A DNA stretch of 64,000 nt from Saccharofermentanales bacterium (GTDB taxonomy: Bacteria > Bacillota > Clostridia > Saccharofermentanales > DTU023). The stretch is taken from the NCBI GenBank assembly GCA_050951845.1, contig JBMNJV010000001.1, positions 102,905 through 166,904 on the forward strand. Reading direction: 5' to 3'. Below the pieces are notes generated by a model. The model had not been told where the DNA came from, searched no databases, and saw only the letters and a program-made list of their open reading frames with translations. Position numbers and translations under genes: made by a program. Positions within the stretch are counted from its first letter, which is position 1. Every line of letters begins with the position of its first letter. Shown here piece after piece: positions 43,423 to 52,634 of the stretch.

Positions 43423-44295
43423 TTATTCAGAGAAAGCTTTGCGCAAAAATTCTAATGATTCTTTGGCATCTCTGTCCAATTTTGCTTCGTCTGCACCACC
43501 GGATAAATCACGCCAGATAAATGTGTCATTACCCACTTGAGTACCGGTTCTGGTAAATGCTTCAATGATAATCAGATCTTTATAATTCACATCTCTCAGG
43601 GCTTTGCCTATTCCTACCCAATCCAAGTGACCTTTTTCAGGGCTGGGAAGTTTTCTGTTACCTTCACAGACATGCATATGACCTAAATATTTACCGGATT
43701 TTCTGATTGCATCAAGCATGTCGTCTTCTTCTATATTCATATGGAATGTATCTAAGTGAATTTTTACAGCATCACTTCCGACTTCTTCCACAAACTGTAT
43801 TGCTTCATCAGCTGTATTAATGACTAAGCCGTCGAATCGATTTAAAACTTCCAAACTTAATTCAATTCCTAAACTCTCAGCTTCTTTGCCCATTACTTTT
43901 AAACTTTCCACACCATTTTTCCAGAAAGTTGCCTTATCTTTATCCGAAAAGTCAAACGGCCACGTTGAATGCAACGCTCCGATCAATCTGCGGCAATCCA
44001 AAACATCCATTGCCGCCATCAGTTCAGAATAAAATGCCAATCCCGCTTTTCTTATTTCCGGATCCTTTGATGAAACATCATATTTCTTAGGCGGACCCAG
44101 ATTTGCAGAAAGCTCCAAGTCCAAGTCCTTTGTCAACGCTTTCAATCTCTCCAAATCTTCGCGCGACATCTTGAGAAGTTCACCGGCGGAGATTTCTAAG
44201 GCGTCAAATCCCAGATCTTTTACCTTTTTGGCGTAATAGAAATAATCCCCTTTCCATTCATCTGACCAATACGAGAAAAATATTCCATATTTCAT
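43423..44295 (-). CDS. Ketose 3-epimerase (D-allulose/D-tagatose 3-epimerase family, xylose-isomerase-like TIM barrel)
   Basis: 290 aa. Co-linear with my recollection of the Clostridium D-psicose 3-epimerase: MK.GI...YW..EW..DY.YY..KV..LGFD.LEI, EVLNRF, LDTFHMNIEED, GH.H..E.NR..P. Confidence 0.8.
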   Translation of the reverse strand: MKYGIFFSYWSDEWKGDYFYYAKKVKDLGFDALEISAGELLKMSREDLERLKALTKDLDLELSANLGPPKKYDVSSKDPEIRKAGLAFYSELMAAMDVLDCRRLIGALHSTWPFDFSDKDKATFWKNGVESLKVMGKEAESLGIELSLEVLNRFDGLVINTADEAIQFVEEVGSDAVKIHLDTFHMNIEEDDMLDAIRKSGKYLGHMHVCEGNRKLPSPEKGHLDWVGIGKALRDVNYKDLIIIEAFTRTGTQVGNDTFIWRDLSGGADEAKLDRDAKESLEFLRKAFSE

Positions 44296-44558
44296 TGCTT
44301 CATTCCTTTCTTCTGCTTTGCTGTTGTTTTCTAAAATTTTAAGAGAGCGGGTTATTCTGCATTTGTTTCATTTGTTCTAACATATTAACATACAGTCTTA
44401 TAAATTTCACTCTCTTTTGTTCAATTTGTTGTTATTACCTAAAAAATAATCTTATTATTTAGTGATAATATTTAAAGTAATAATGTATTTTAATATAATT
44501 GTATTTACATTGTTCTTGCTGCATTTTTCACTGTTAATTCATCTCTTTACAGCATTCT

Positions 44559-44604
44559 GATTAGTTAAACTAATCACGTTAATTAGTTAAACTAATCATG
44601 TTAA
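44559..44604. repeat. 22-bp tandem repeat x2 (44561-44582, 44583-44604; 1 mismatch), each carrying the palindrome (G/A)ATTAGTT-A-AACTAATC
   Basis: Read directly. Abuts the kinase stop codon and lies about 265 nt upstream of the epimerase start, inside a 309-bp AT-rich intergenic region. Confidence 0.8.
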
Positions 44605-46125
44605 TCAGTACAGCTGATCACGGTTAAAATAATCGCCATAATCGGATAACATTTCTGCTATGTATGTAAAGCGTTTTTCCAATAAATTATATTTACCTGA
44701 GTTATTAATATCCGGAGATAAAGTATGTTCTACTTGATGGAGTTGTTTTATTTGGGAATAATCATCCCATAACCCCATCGCTTTTGCAGAAATTGCCGCC
44801 GCACCTAACGATGCTGCATCCTGATCAATGTTGGTTTTTATAATATTTACATTGAAAATATCGGCAAACATTTGTAACCAGATTTTACTTTTGCTGCCTC
44901 CGCCACAAATCAAAAGATTCTTTGACAATTCGACTTTTTCCGCAATCTGATTGTATGACAACTTCAAATTCATTGCGATTCCCTCAAGAGTCGCTCGCAA
45001 AATATCTGATTTTGATGTTCCTAAACCGAGACCAAGATAGGCCCCTCGAATATTTACACTCTTATCTTGAGAAGTTCCTCCGGCAAGACTCGGGTTAAAA
45101 ACCACATCGTTAGAACCGGGCGGGGATTGTAATGCCAGCTCATCAATAATCCGATAGGCATTTTTGGTATCTTCAATCTCTTGACAAATCGTATCTCTTA
45201 CCCAAGTCAAAGAACTTCCGGCAGAAAAAATTGAATAGGCGGAAGTATACATGTTTTCTTGGATATGAACAAAAACATAAGGTTTTGTTTTGTAATCAAG
45301 CATCGGTTTTTCGGAGTTTACCGCAATCCAGCTCGACGATCCGAGAGACAGATATACGGCACCTTCTTCAGCTCCGACTGCACCCAAAGCCATACATGCA
45401 TTATCAACACCGCCGCAAGCAACAGATGTGCCTTCCGGTAAACCGGTTAATTTTGCGGCTTCTTTCGTGATTTTGCCAACGATGAAATGAGAATTAACTA
45501 TTTCAGGGAAAATGGCTTCGGGAATACCGGCAACATCTAAAAATTGTTTCTCCAGTTCATTCTCATTGAGATTATAAACTCCAAAACCGGAAGCATATGA
45601 ATGATCTGTATAGAAATTACCTGTTAATCTGTAGTTTATATAATCCTTGGAACCTAAAATTTTGTAGATTTGTTTAAAGATATCCGGTTGATTTTCCTTT
45701 AACCACATTAGTTTAAAAACTGAATAAAGCGGTGCAGGAAAACCGTTTCCGGTAGTCAAGTACCATTTTTCTTCATCTATTCTTTGAAAAAATTGCTGAG
45801 CTTCCGAAACAGCACGTGAATCAGACCAAATCGGAACAAATTCAGATAACAATTCACCTTCAGCGTCAATGGGTACTGTAACAAGACTGTGACCGGAAAG
45901 GGAAACACATGCTATTTCCGAAGGATCAACTTTTGTTTTTTGCAGTAATTCCGTTGTGCTTTCAATGACAGCTTGCCACCAATCTTCAGGTCTTTGTTCA
46001 TGGTAACCGTCTTTCGGATAATAAGTACTGTATTCAATAAATGTTTTTTCGATCGTATTCAATTTCTCGTCATAAAGCGAGGCTTTGATTCCACCGGTTC
46101 CTAAATCATATGCAATAAATTTCAT
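44605..46125 (-). CDS. FGGY-family carbohydrate kinase (xylulokinase-like)
   Basis: 506 aa. N-terminus is FIAYDLGTGGIKASLYD. C-terminal GGGSKS motif. RBS GAGGG. Confidence 0.85.
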   Translation of the reverse strand: MKFIAYDLGTGGIKASLYDEKLNTIEKTFIEYSTYYPKDGYHEQRPEDWWQAVIESTTELLQKTKVDPSEIACVSLSGHSLVTVPIDAEGELLSEFVPIWSDSRAVSEAQQFFQRIDEEKWYLTTGNGFPAPLYSVFKLMWLKENQPDIFKQIYKILGSKDYINYRLTGNFYTDHSYASGFGVYNLNENELEKQFLDVAGIPEAIFPEIVNSHFIVGKITKEAAKLTGLPEGTSVACGGVDNACMALGAVGAEEGAVYLSLGSSSWIAVNSEKPMLDYKTKPYVFVHIQENMYTSAYSIFSAGSSLTWVRDTICQEIEDTKNAYRIIDELALQSPPGSNDVVFNPSLAGGTSQDKSVNIRGAYLGLGLGTSKSDILRATLEGIAMNLKLSYNQIAEKVELSKNLLICGGGSKSKIWLQMFADIFNVNIIKTNIDQDAASLGAAAISAKAMGLWDDYSQIKQLHQVEHTLSPDINNSGKYNLLEKRFTYIAEMLSDYGDYFNRDQLY

Positions 46126-46195
46126 GACTTTTTACCCTCAGTTAACTCAATTAAAAATCATATTAATCAGCAGCAATCTTCAATCTTATTAATAA

Positions 46196-47209
46196 TTAAA
46201 GCTTATCAATAAATTTGAATGAATATGTATAGTCTCTGCTTTCGCCGGGTTGCAAAATCGGAGCTTTGCAGCCCTCCTCACCTAATTTAGGACCATCCAA
46301 AGGCGTATTAAGCGGCTCTAAACCCAAGACATACTCACCTTTTCCCAACATTTTCCATTGTACGAAATAAGGGAAGTCTTCATGTTTATATTGAACATTA
46401 ACGCCTATATTGATATCCGGATTAAATAATGTGTACCGGCTGATTCCGTCATTATCCGGTTTCACATTGTGAAAATAACAACGTTCCGGGTAAGGATATT
46501 GAGGTTCCTCTATCTCGATCCACGAATCAATGAACTTAGCTGCATGTTCTTCTCTGGGTTCTACATCCTCAGTGTCCATAATTATCTGAGCACCTTTGTC
46601 CAGCAACGGATACCCGTAGTTTAAGTGGAGTGAGTATAGGTATTGCCTTTCACCGAAACCATGATTTGTTATTGTGTCCGTAATCGTAAAAGCATCATCT
46701 TCGTATAAAAAATCTAATTTGCGTTTTAAAGTCAGATTTTCACCGAAAATTCTTCCTTCTCGCATTGTCCCTTCAATAGATAAAGAAGGAACATCATCTA
46801 CGGAACCACGTGTAATCGTTACATTCTCTGCGGGAGTATTACTGATTCGTCCGTGCAATCCGACCTCTTCACCATTAATCACTGCAGGACTGCCGATATG
46901 CTGTAAACCGCAAGTAGTTAAAAAACCGACAAAAAAGTTTCTCAGCCACCTGAATCCCTGAGCTTCATAATATTCAGATGCTATTATTCCGCTCGGTGCA
47001 ATATAATTTAAATTTTTCCCTTTATATCTTACCTGATAGATGTCCATACTGCGTCCGGGTAAAATCGTTGCGGAAATATTGCCGCCGTTGTTAACATGGA
47101 TACATTTTACTCCCTCTTGAAACCCTCCGGACAGAACACTTTCTTCGCAAGAAATTAATTGGTTCAGATCACCTATAAAAGGCAACATCTCACTGTATGA
47201 TTTTTTCAT
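46196..47209 (-). CDS. Aldose-1-epimerase-like protein (DUF4432 family)
   Basis: 337 aa from ATG 47209 (MKKSYSEML...). The GLHGRISNTPA segment and all-beta composition fit the DUF4432/galactose-mutarotase-like fold as I recall it. Its RBS (GAGGTG) lies inside copy 2 of the large repeat. Confidence 0.6.
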   Translation of the reverse strand: MKKSYSEMLPFIGDLNQLISCEESVLSGGFQEGVKCIHVNNGGNISATILPGRSMDIYQVRYKGKNLNYIAPSGIIASEYYEAQGFRWLRNFFVGFLTTCGLQHIGSPAVINGEEVGLHGRISNTPAENVTITRGSVDDVPSLSIEGTMREGRIFGENLTLKRKLDFLYEDDAFTITDTITNHGFGERQYLYSLHLNYGYPLLDKGAQIIMDTEDVEPREEHAAKFIDSWIEIEEPQYPYPERCYFHNVKPDNDGISRYTLFNPDINIGVNVQYKHEDFPYFVQWKMLGKGEYVLGLEPLNTPLDGPKLGEEGCKAPILQPGESRDYTYSFKFIDKL

Positions 47210-47225
47210 ATTAATCACCTCGTAT

Positions 47226-47396
47226 TTTATTTTTTATTTTCCTGCTATTCCTGCCAATAGTATAGGCACAAAGGACTGTTCTTTGGTTTGGCTTTACATA
47301 TGTATAAGGAACCAACAAACCGGGCGAAAGTTCTGAAACAATATCACGATAAAAAAGTATAACCCTGATATATTTCTGATAAACAGTATAACATCC
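47226..47396 (-). pseudogene. Second copy of the metallophosphoesterase-gene remnant
   Basis: Identical to 21480-21650. Confidence 0.7.
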
Positions 47397-47723
47397 GGTA
47401 CATCTGGTTTGGCAGCATAATATTAAAAAATAATCTGTCTTAGTCAGGTAGTCAGGTCTGCCAGGAACGTATATCGCCAACATCAAAAAAAATCCGGAAA
47501 ATACTGATTATAAATCCAAATTGTTGAGTAAGAACAAAAATCAAATAATACTACTTCGTTTCTTGTTCTGCATCTATCAAAGATCTCAATAAAACCTTTA
47601 CAAAAAACCAAGCTGCTTCACCATTTTTCATCTAAATTTGATAAGATAATCACTATAAATATTTGTTGCTTTCAATTATCAGTGTTTTTACAGATCAGCG
47701 AAAGTATAAAAGGGGAATTTGTT

Positions 47724-48515
47724 ATGAATCTTATACTTTTCTTTGTCAGTTTTTTAGCAAGTGTAGTGGGTGCTATCTGCGGAATCGGTGGCGGGGTCAT
47801 CATAAAACCCCTGTTGGATAGCCTGTCGATCGCTTCCGTTTCCACCATAAGCTTTTTATCAGGATGCACGGTACTTGGTATGACACTATATTCCGTTTCC
47901 AAAAGTATAAGATCGGGAGATAGCCAGGTAGATTATAAAATCGCCACGCCTTTGGCAATTGGTGCCGCATTTGGCGGTGTCGCCGGAAAATATTTGTACA
48001 CATCCATTAAAGACGCATCTCCTGATCCGGAACTGGTCGGGGCTTATCAGGCAATAGCTCTCGCAGTTATTACTGTCGGTACATTGATCTATACCATCTT
48101 CAAAGATAAAGTAAAAACACATCAATTAACAAATAAAGTCGCTTGTTTAGTTATCGGACTTTTACTTGGCATGATGTCCAGCTTTTTAGGAATCGGCGGT
48201 GGTCCGATCAACTTGGTAGTCTTATATTTCTTCTTTTCCATGTCCACCAAAATCGCTGCACAAAACAGTCTCTATATAATATTGCTCAGTCAAATTACAA
48301 GTGTTTTATCTACTATTCTTGCCGGAGAAGTACCGGAATTTTCAGTAATCTGGCTGGTTATTATGGTAATTGGCGGAATCGGCGGCGGTATAGCCGGAAG
48401 ATACATCAATACTTTTATTGATGATGCAAAGGTCAATAAACTGTTTATCGGACTGATGGTAGTTATCATAGGAATCAGCATCTATAATTCATGGCGTTTC
48501 TTAAATGTTTCCTGA
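47724..48515 (+). CDS. TauE/SafE family exporter (copy 2)
   Basis: Identical translation to 21978-22769. Confidence 0.8.
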   Translation: MNLILFFVSFLASVVGAICGIGGGVIIKPLLDSLSIASVSTISFLSGCTVLGMTLYSVSKSIRSGDSQVDYKIATPLAIGAAFGGVAGKYLYTSIKDASPDPELVGAYQAIALAVITVGTLIYTIFKDKVKTHQLTNKVACLVIGLLLGMMSSFLGIGGGPINLVVLYFFFSMSTKIAAQNSLYIILLSQITSVLSTILAGEVPEFSVIWLVIMVIGGIGGGIAGRYINTFIDDAKVNKLFIGLMVVIIGISIYNSWRFLNVS

Positions 48516-48630
48516 AAAATGAACTACTCTGAAATTTTTAAAGTATTATTTACAAATTTTAGAAAATACTGATTTTTTATTTAATAGAAAAAAATATAAA
48601 TTCAAGATAGGAAAAGATATAAATTCAAGA

Positions 48631-49755
48631 TTACCGGTTTCTCGCGACCAATTGAGCAAGATGTTGTAATTTGGGAAAAACATGCTCAAAGAACATCAAG
48701 TATCCTCGACAGAAACGATTTTGCAGATCTGCATTTTCGTTGACGATACGATGACGATAACAACCATTACGACATAAATAAAAGAATTGACAATTCTTAC
48801 AAGCTTCAGGTGTGACACGTGAACGATCCTCAAAATCCCGGGCAATTTCGGACTGAAGCATTTGTTCAATCGAATCATGCTGAACCGTTCCGAGTAAATA
48901 ATCATCTGTCATGTAAAAATCACAGGGATACACACTGCCATCCGCTTCTATAATCACGCTGGCAGCACATAAACCACGCTGTTCACAAGATTCAGGCATG
49001 ATACCGAACATCAGATCCAGATAATTTTCGAATTGTCTGATATACGGCGCCCGGCCTTTAAGAGCATCTTCATACCAGAGATCAAATAAGCGAATTAAAA
49101 ATTTTCCGTATGCTTCAGCTGTGAGAGACCATTCCTGCGGATTTTCTTTGTTGTCGAAATCAATCGGATCCAGACAAGCAATATATTGTTGATATAAGAG
49201 GCCGTTCTCTTTGTAGAATTGATAAATCTCGGAAATCGCTTCGGCAGTCTCTTTATGGACAACTGTCAGAATATTATAATCTACGTTAAATTTATTAAAT
49301 AAATTTAACGTTTTAATAATTTCATTAAAAGTACCGTTTCCCGAAGGATCCTTGCGATATTTATCATGCGTTCTTTGAATGCCATCTACCGAGATACCTG
49401 CCAAGAATCTGTTTTGAGCAAAAAAAGATGCCCATTCAGCGCTGAGTTTATAACCATTCGTTTGAATCGCTCTGTAAACAGGAATGCCCCTGCTATTATG
49501 TTTTTCTTCGAGCTCAACATATTTTTGAAAGAAATCAAGTCCTGCCAAAGTAGGTTCTCCGCCTTGCCAAGAGATGGAACAGCTTTGATCAGCATATTCA
49601 AAAATCATTTGGAGAGTTTTATCCAAAGTTTCAATATTCATAAAACCGCGGCATCCCTCTTCCCGATATTGCATTTCATCTTCATAGAAGCAATATTGAC
49701 AACGCATATTGCACATACCGGATGCAGGTTTAATCATGACATTAAGATGAGGCAT
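48631..49755 (-). CDS. Anaerobic sulfatase-maturating enzyme (copy 2)
   Basis: Identical translation to 22885-24009. Confidence 0.85.
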   Translation of the reverse strand: MPHLNVMIKPASGMCNMRCQYCFYEDEMQYREEGCRGFMNIETLDKTLQMIFEYADQSCSISWQGGEPTLAGLDFFQKYVELEEKHNSRGIPVYRAIQTNGYKLSAEWASFFAQNRFLAGISVDGIQRTHDKYRKDPSGNGTFNEIIKTLNLFNKFNVDYNILTVVHKETAEAISEIYQFYKENGLLYQQYIACLDPIDFDNKENPQEWSLTAEAYGKFLIRLFDLWYEDALKGRAPYIRQFENYLDLMFGIMPESCEQRGLCAASVIIEADGSVYPCDFYMTDDYLLGTVQHDSIEQMLQSEIARDFEDRSRVTPEACKNCQFFYLCRNGCYRHRIVNENADLQNRFCRGYLMFFEHVFPKLQHLAQLVARNR

Positions 49756-49917
49756 AAAAACTCCTTGATTTCTTTGATTGTACAAACTATTTTACAGTAA
49801 TGATTGAAATTCAACAAGTTTTAAATAATTTGATTGATTTTCAATCACAAAATGCTTGATTTATGAAGAAATCTGTGTTACAATCATCAACAAAGATACA
49901 AAAAGGGAGCATAGCGC

Positions 49918-50688
49918 TTGAGAAAAGAAAAAAGAAGAGCTCATATCATGGAAATGCTTCAGCACAGCAATACGGTTTTGATCCAGGATATTGTTGATGC
50001 TACAGGCGTTTCAGAAGCCACTATCCGAAGAGATATCATCTATCTGGAATCTGTCGGGGCATTGAAAAGATTTTGGGGAGGCGTACAGAGGTTAGAAACA
50101 CCGGACAACCTCCGTAAAGCAGGCCTTATTAGTTACAAGTCCCGCCACGATTTTGATGCTATCGGCAGTTTGGCTGCTTCCCGCTTAAAAGATAATCAAT
50201 TAATATTCATAGGCTCAGGGATGACTACACTATCCATGATTCCTTATATAAAGAACAGAAGTATCTCCGTTATTACTAACGGAATCCCGCAACTGGAAGC
50301 TTTATACGAAAAACGTATTCAAGCTCTTTTATTATGCGGTTTTTTTAAAGAGTACTCCCGGTCCCTTGTCGGAAAGGAAGCTCTTGAAATGCTTGCAAAA
50401 TATAAGTTTGATCACGCCTTCCTCGGAGTCCACGGTATCGACGATAAACTTAATCTCCTTTCAGCCGATAATTACGAAGAATCAATCAAGAAAATTTGTA
50501 TCCGTCAGTCTCGTCAAACTTACCTGCTTGCAGATAAAAGCAAGTTTTCCCGTACAGCCTATTATACTCTGCCGGCAGAAGATGCACGAGACACTATTTT
50601 AATCACAGATCAAAAACCTTTCGAGCATCCGGAATGGATTGAAAAAGACGGAGGATATATCGGAAAGATCGAAAATCTATTAAGATAA
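49918..50688 (+). CDS. DeoR-family regulator (copy 2)
   Basis: Identical translation to 24172-24942. Confidence 0.85.
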   Translation: MRKEKRRAHIMEMLQHSNTVLIQDIVDATGVSEATIRRDIIYLESVGALKRFWGGVQRLETPDNLRKAGLISYKSRHDFDAIGSLAASRLKDNQLIFIGSGMTTLSMIPYIKNRSISVITNGIPQLEALYEKRIQALLLCGFFKEYSRSLVGKEALEMLAKYKFDHAFLGVHGIDDKLNLLSADNYEESIKKICIRQSRQTYLLADKSKFSRTAYYTLPAEDARDTILITDQKPFEHPEWIEKDGGYIGKIENLLR

Positions 50689-50905
50689 AGTCACTTCTGA
50701 TTGAATTTCGATCATCAATGACCGAGATTCAATAAGTAACTTAAAAATCAGTCAAAAATCAGTCAAAACTGTTGACACGTTCATATTGGGTACGCTATAT
50801 TTTAATATGTAACATAGGTAACGGCATGTTGCATATTTCATAAAAATCCTTTTCTATGTTTAGCCGGCATAGACAAATGGAACAAATTTTTAAGGAGGGC
50901 TACGT

Positions 50906-52237
50906 ATGGACAAGGTTATTAATTTTCTGGTTAATGACTTACTAACTACCCCTACCATCGTTATCGGTTTACTGATCATGCTTGGATATATCCTGCAAAA
51001 GGAGTCCGCTGTTAAAGTTATTACCGGTACTGTCAGCGCCATGGTAGGTATGCAATTAATCGTCTTCGGCGGAGGACAATTTTCAAATCTTTTCAAACCA
51101 ATCACTGAAGCTGTTGCTGCAAAAACGGGAGTTCAAGGATATTTAATGGACTCCTATGCTATGAGAACAGCAAGCTTAGAGGCTTTAGGAGATAAAGCCG
51201 GTTGGATGGGATATGTTTTCCTGATTGCATTCGCAGTAAATATTCTACTCGTGTATTTCGGAAAATATACAAAAGCAAGAGGTGTTTTCTTAACAGGTAA
51301 TGCCGGTACAGCTCACTCACAAGGTATGCTTTGGCTAATGGTCGCAAACTTTGCTTTATCATCACCTGTTCTGATTATTGCTTCCGGTGTTATTGTAGGT
51401 ATCTACTGGGCCTACTCCACAACTTTAGCAGCCAAAGTTGTCGATGAAGTTACAGAAGGTGGCGGCTTTACGGTCGGACATAACCAGCAAGTCGGCATTT
51501 GGTTCTTCGGACGTTTAGCAGAAAAAATGGCACCGAAGAAAAAAGACAAAAAGATCCTTGACTGTGATCACCTGGAACTTCCGGGCTGGCTGGCGATATT
51601 TAACAACAACGTTGTTTCTATCGCTATTCTGATGACCATTTTCGTCGGACTTTTCTGCATTCCTCTAGGCTTTGAAGGTCTTCAGGAATTAGCCGGCAAG
51701 AAACACTGGAGTATCTTCCTGATCTTATTAGGAATCCAATTCTCCATGTTCATGGTTATCTTGCTCCAAGGTGTTCGTATGCTTTGTTCAGAATTAACAG
51801 CATCATTCCAAGGTATCCAACAAAAAATTGTACCTAATGCAGTTCCCGCTATTGACGTTGCAGCTTTATTACCTTTCTCACCGAACGCAACAACTTTCGG
51901 ATTCTTATTCTGTACACTGGGAACCGTCATTTCCATGCTTATCTTAAGTGCTACAGGCAGTCCTATCATGGTTCTTCCGGGATTCACACCTCTCTTCTTC
52001 TCAGGTGGTCCTATCGGTGTTGTAGCTAATAAAAAGGGCGGCTTAAAAGCAGTTATTATTTGCTGTACTTTACTCGGTGTAATTCAAACTTTCGGTACCG
52101 TATGGGCAATCACACAAATGAACTATCCGGAAGGTATGGGATGGTCCGGTATGTTTGACCTTTCAACAGTATGGCCGGCACTCATTCAAGTATTACGTTG
52201 GATCGGCAGTGTTTTCGGATTTACTATTGCTTATTAG
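50906..52237 (+). CDS. PTS EIIC, ascorbate family (copy 2)
   Basis: Identical translation to 25160-26491. Confidence 0.8.
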   Translation: MDKVINFLVNDLLTTPTIVIGLLIMLGYILQKESAVKVITGTVSAMVGMQLIVFGGGQFSNLFKPITEAVAAKTGVQGYLMDSYAMRTASLEALGDKAGWMGYVFLIAFAVNILLVYFGKYTKARGVFLTGNAGTAHSQGMLWLMVANFALSSPVLIIASGVIVGIYWAYSTTLAAKVVDEVTEGGGFTVGHNQQVGIWFFGRLAEKMAPKKKDKKILDCDHLELPGWLAIFNNNVVSIAILMTIFVGLFCIPLGFEGLQELAGKKHWSIFLILLGIQFSMFMVILLQGVRMLCSELTASFQGIQQKIVPNAVPAIDVAALLPFSPNATTFGFLFCTLGTVISMLILSATGSPIMVLPGFTPLFFSGGPIGVVANKKGGLKAVIICCTLLGVIQTFGTVWAITQMNYPEGMGWSGMFDLSTVWPALIQVLRWIGSVFGFTIAY

Positions 52238-52315
52238 ACATATTAAATTAATTGCTAAAGCATCTAAAATTGTATATTAATCTTATCATTAAGCATTCAT
52301 TGAAAGGAGTTTATT

Positions 52316-52633
52316 ATGAGTAAAAGTTCAATCAACGTATTATTTGTTTGCGGTATGGGTATGGGCACAAGCACCATGGCAGAACTCGGTGTTAAAAGAG
52401 AATTAAAACCTCTGAAAATCAGCGCTGAAGTTGATCATACTTCACTCGGCATGATGGCATCTCGCAGAGAATGGGCAGATATCATTGTGATCTTAAGAAA
52501 TCTCTTTACCGAAGTTGTGCCGCAAGAAGGTGAGTTCTTTATTCCGGTTGTCAACGTCATGGCTTCCAAAGATATCGCAGCTCAAATTAACGAAATTGTT
52601 GTAGAACATTTCCCGGGTGCAAAGGAGAGTTAA
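52316..52633 (+). CDS. PTS EIIB (copy 2)
   Basis: Identical translation to 26570-26887. Confidence 0.8.
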   Translation: MSKSSINVLFVCGMGMGTSTMAELGVKRELKPLKISAEVDHTSLGMMASRREWADIIVILRNLFTEVVPQEGEFFIPVVNVMASKDIAAQINEIVVEHFPGAKES

Positions 52634-52634
52634 G

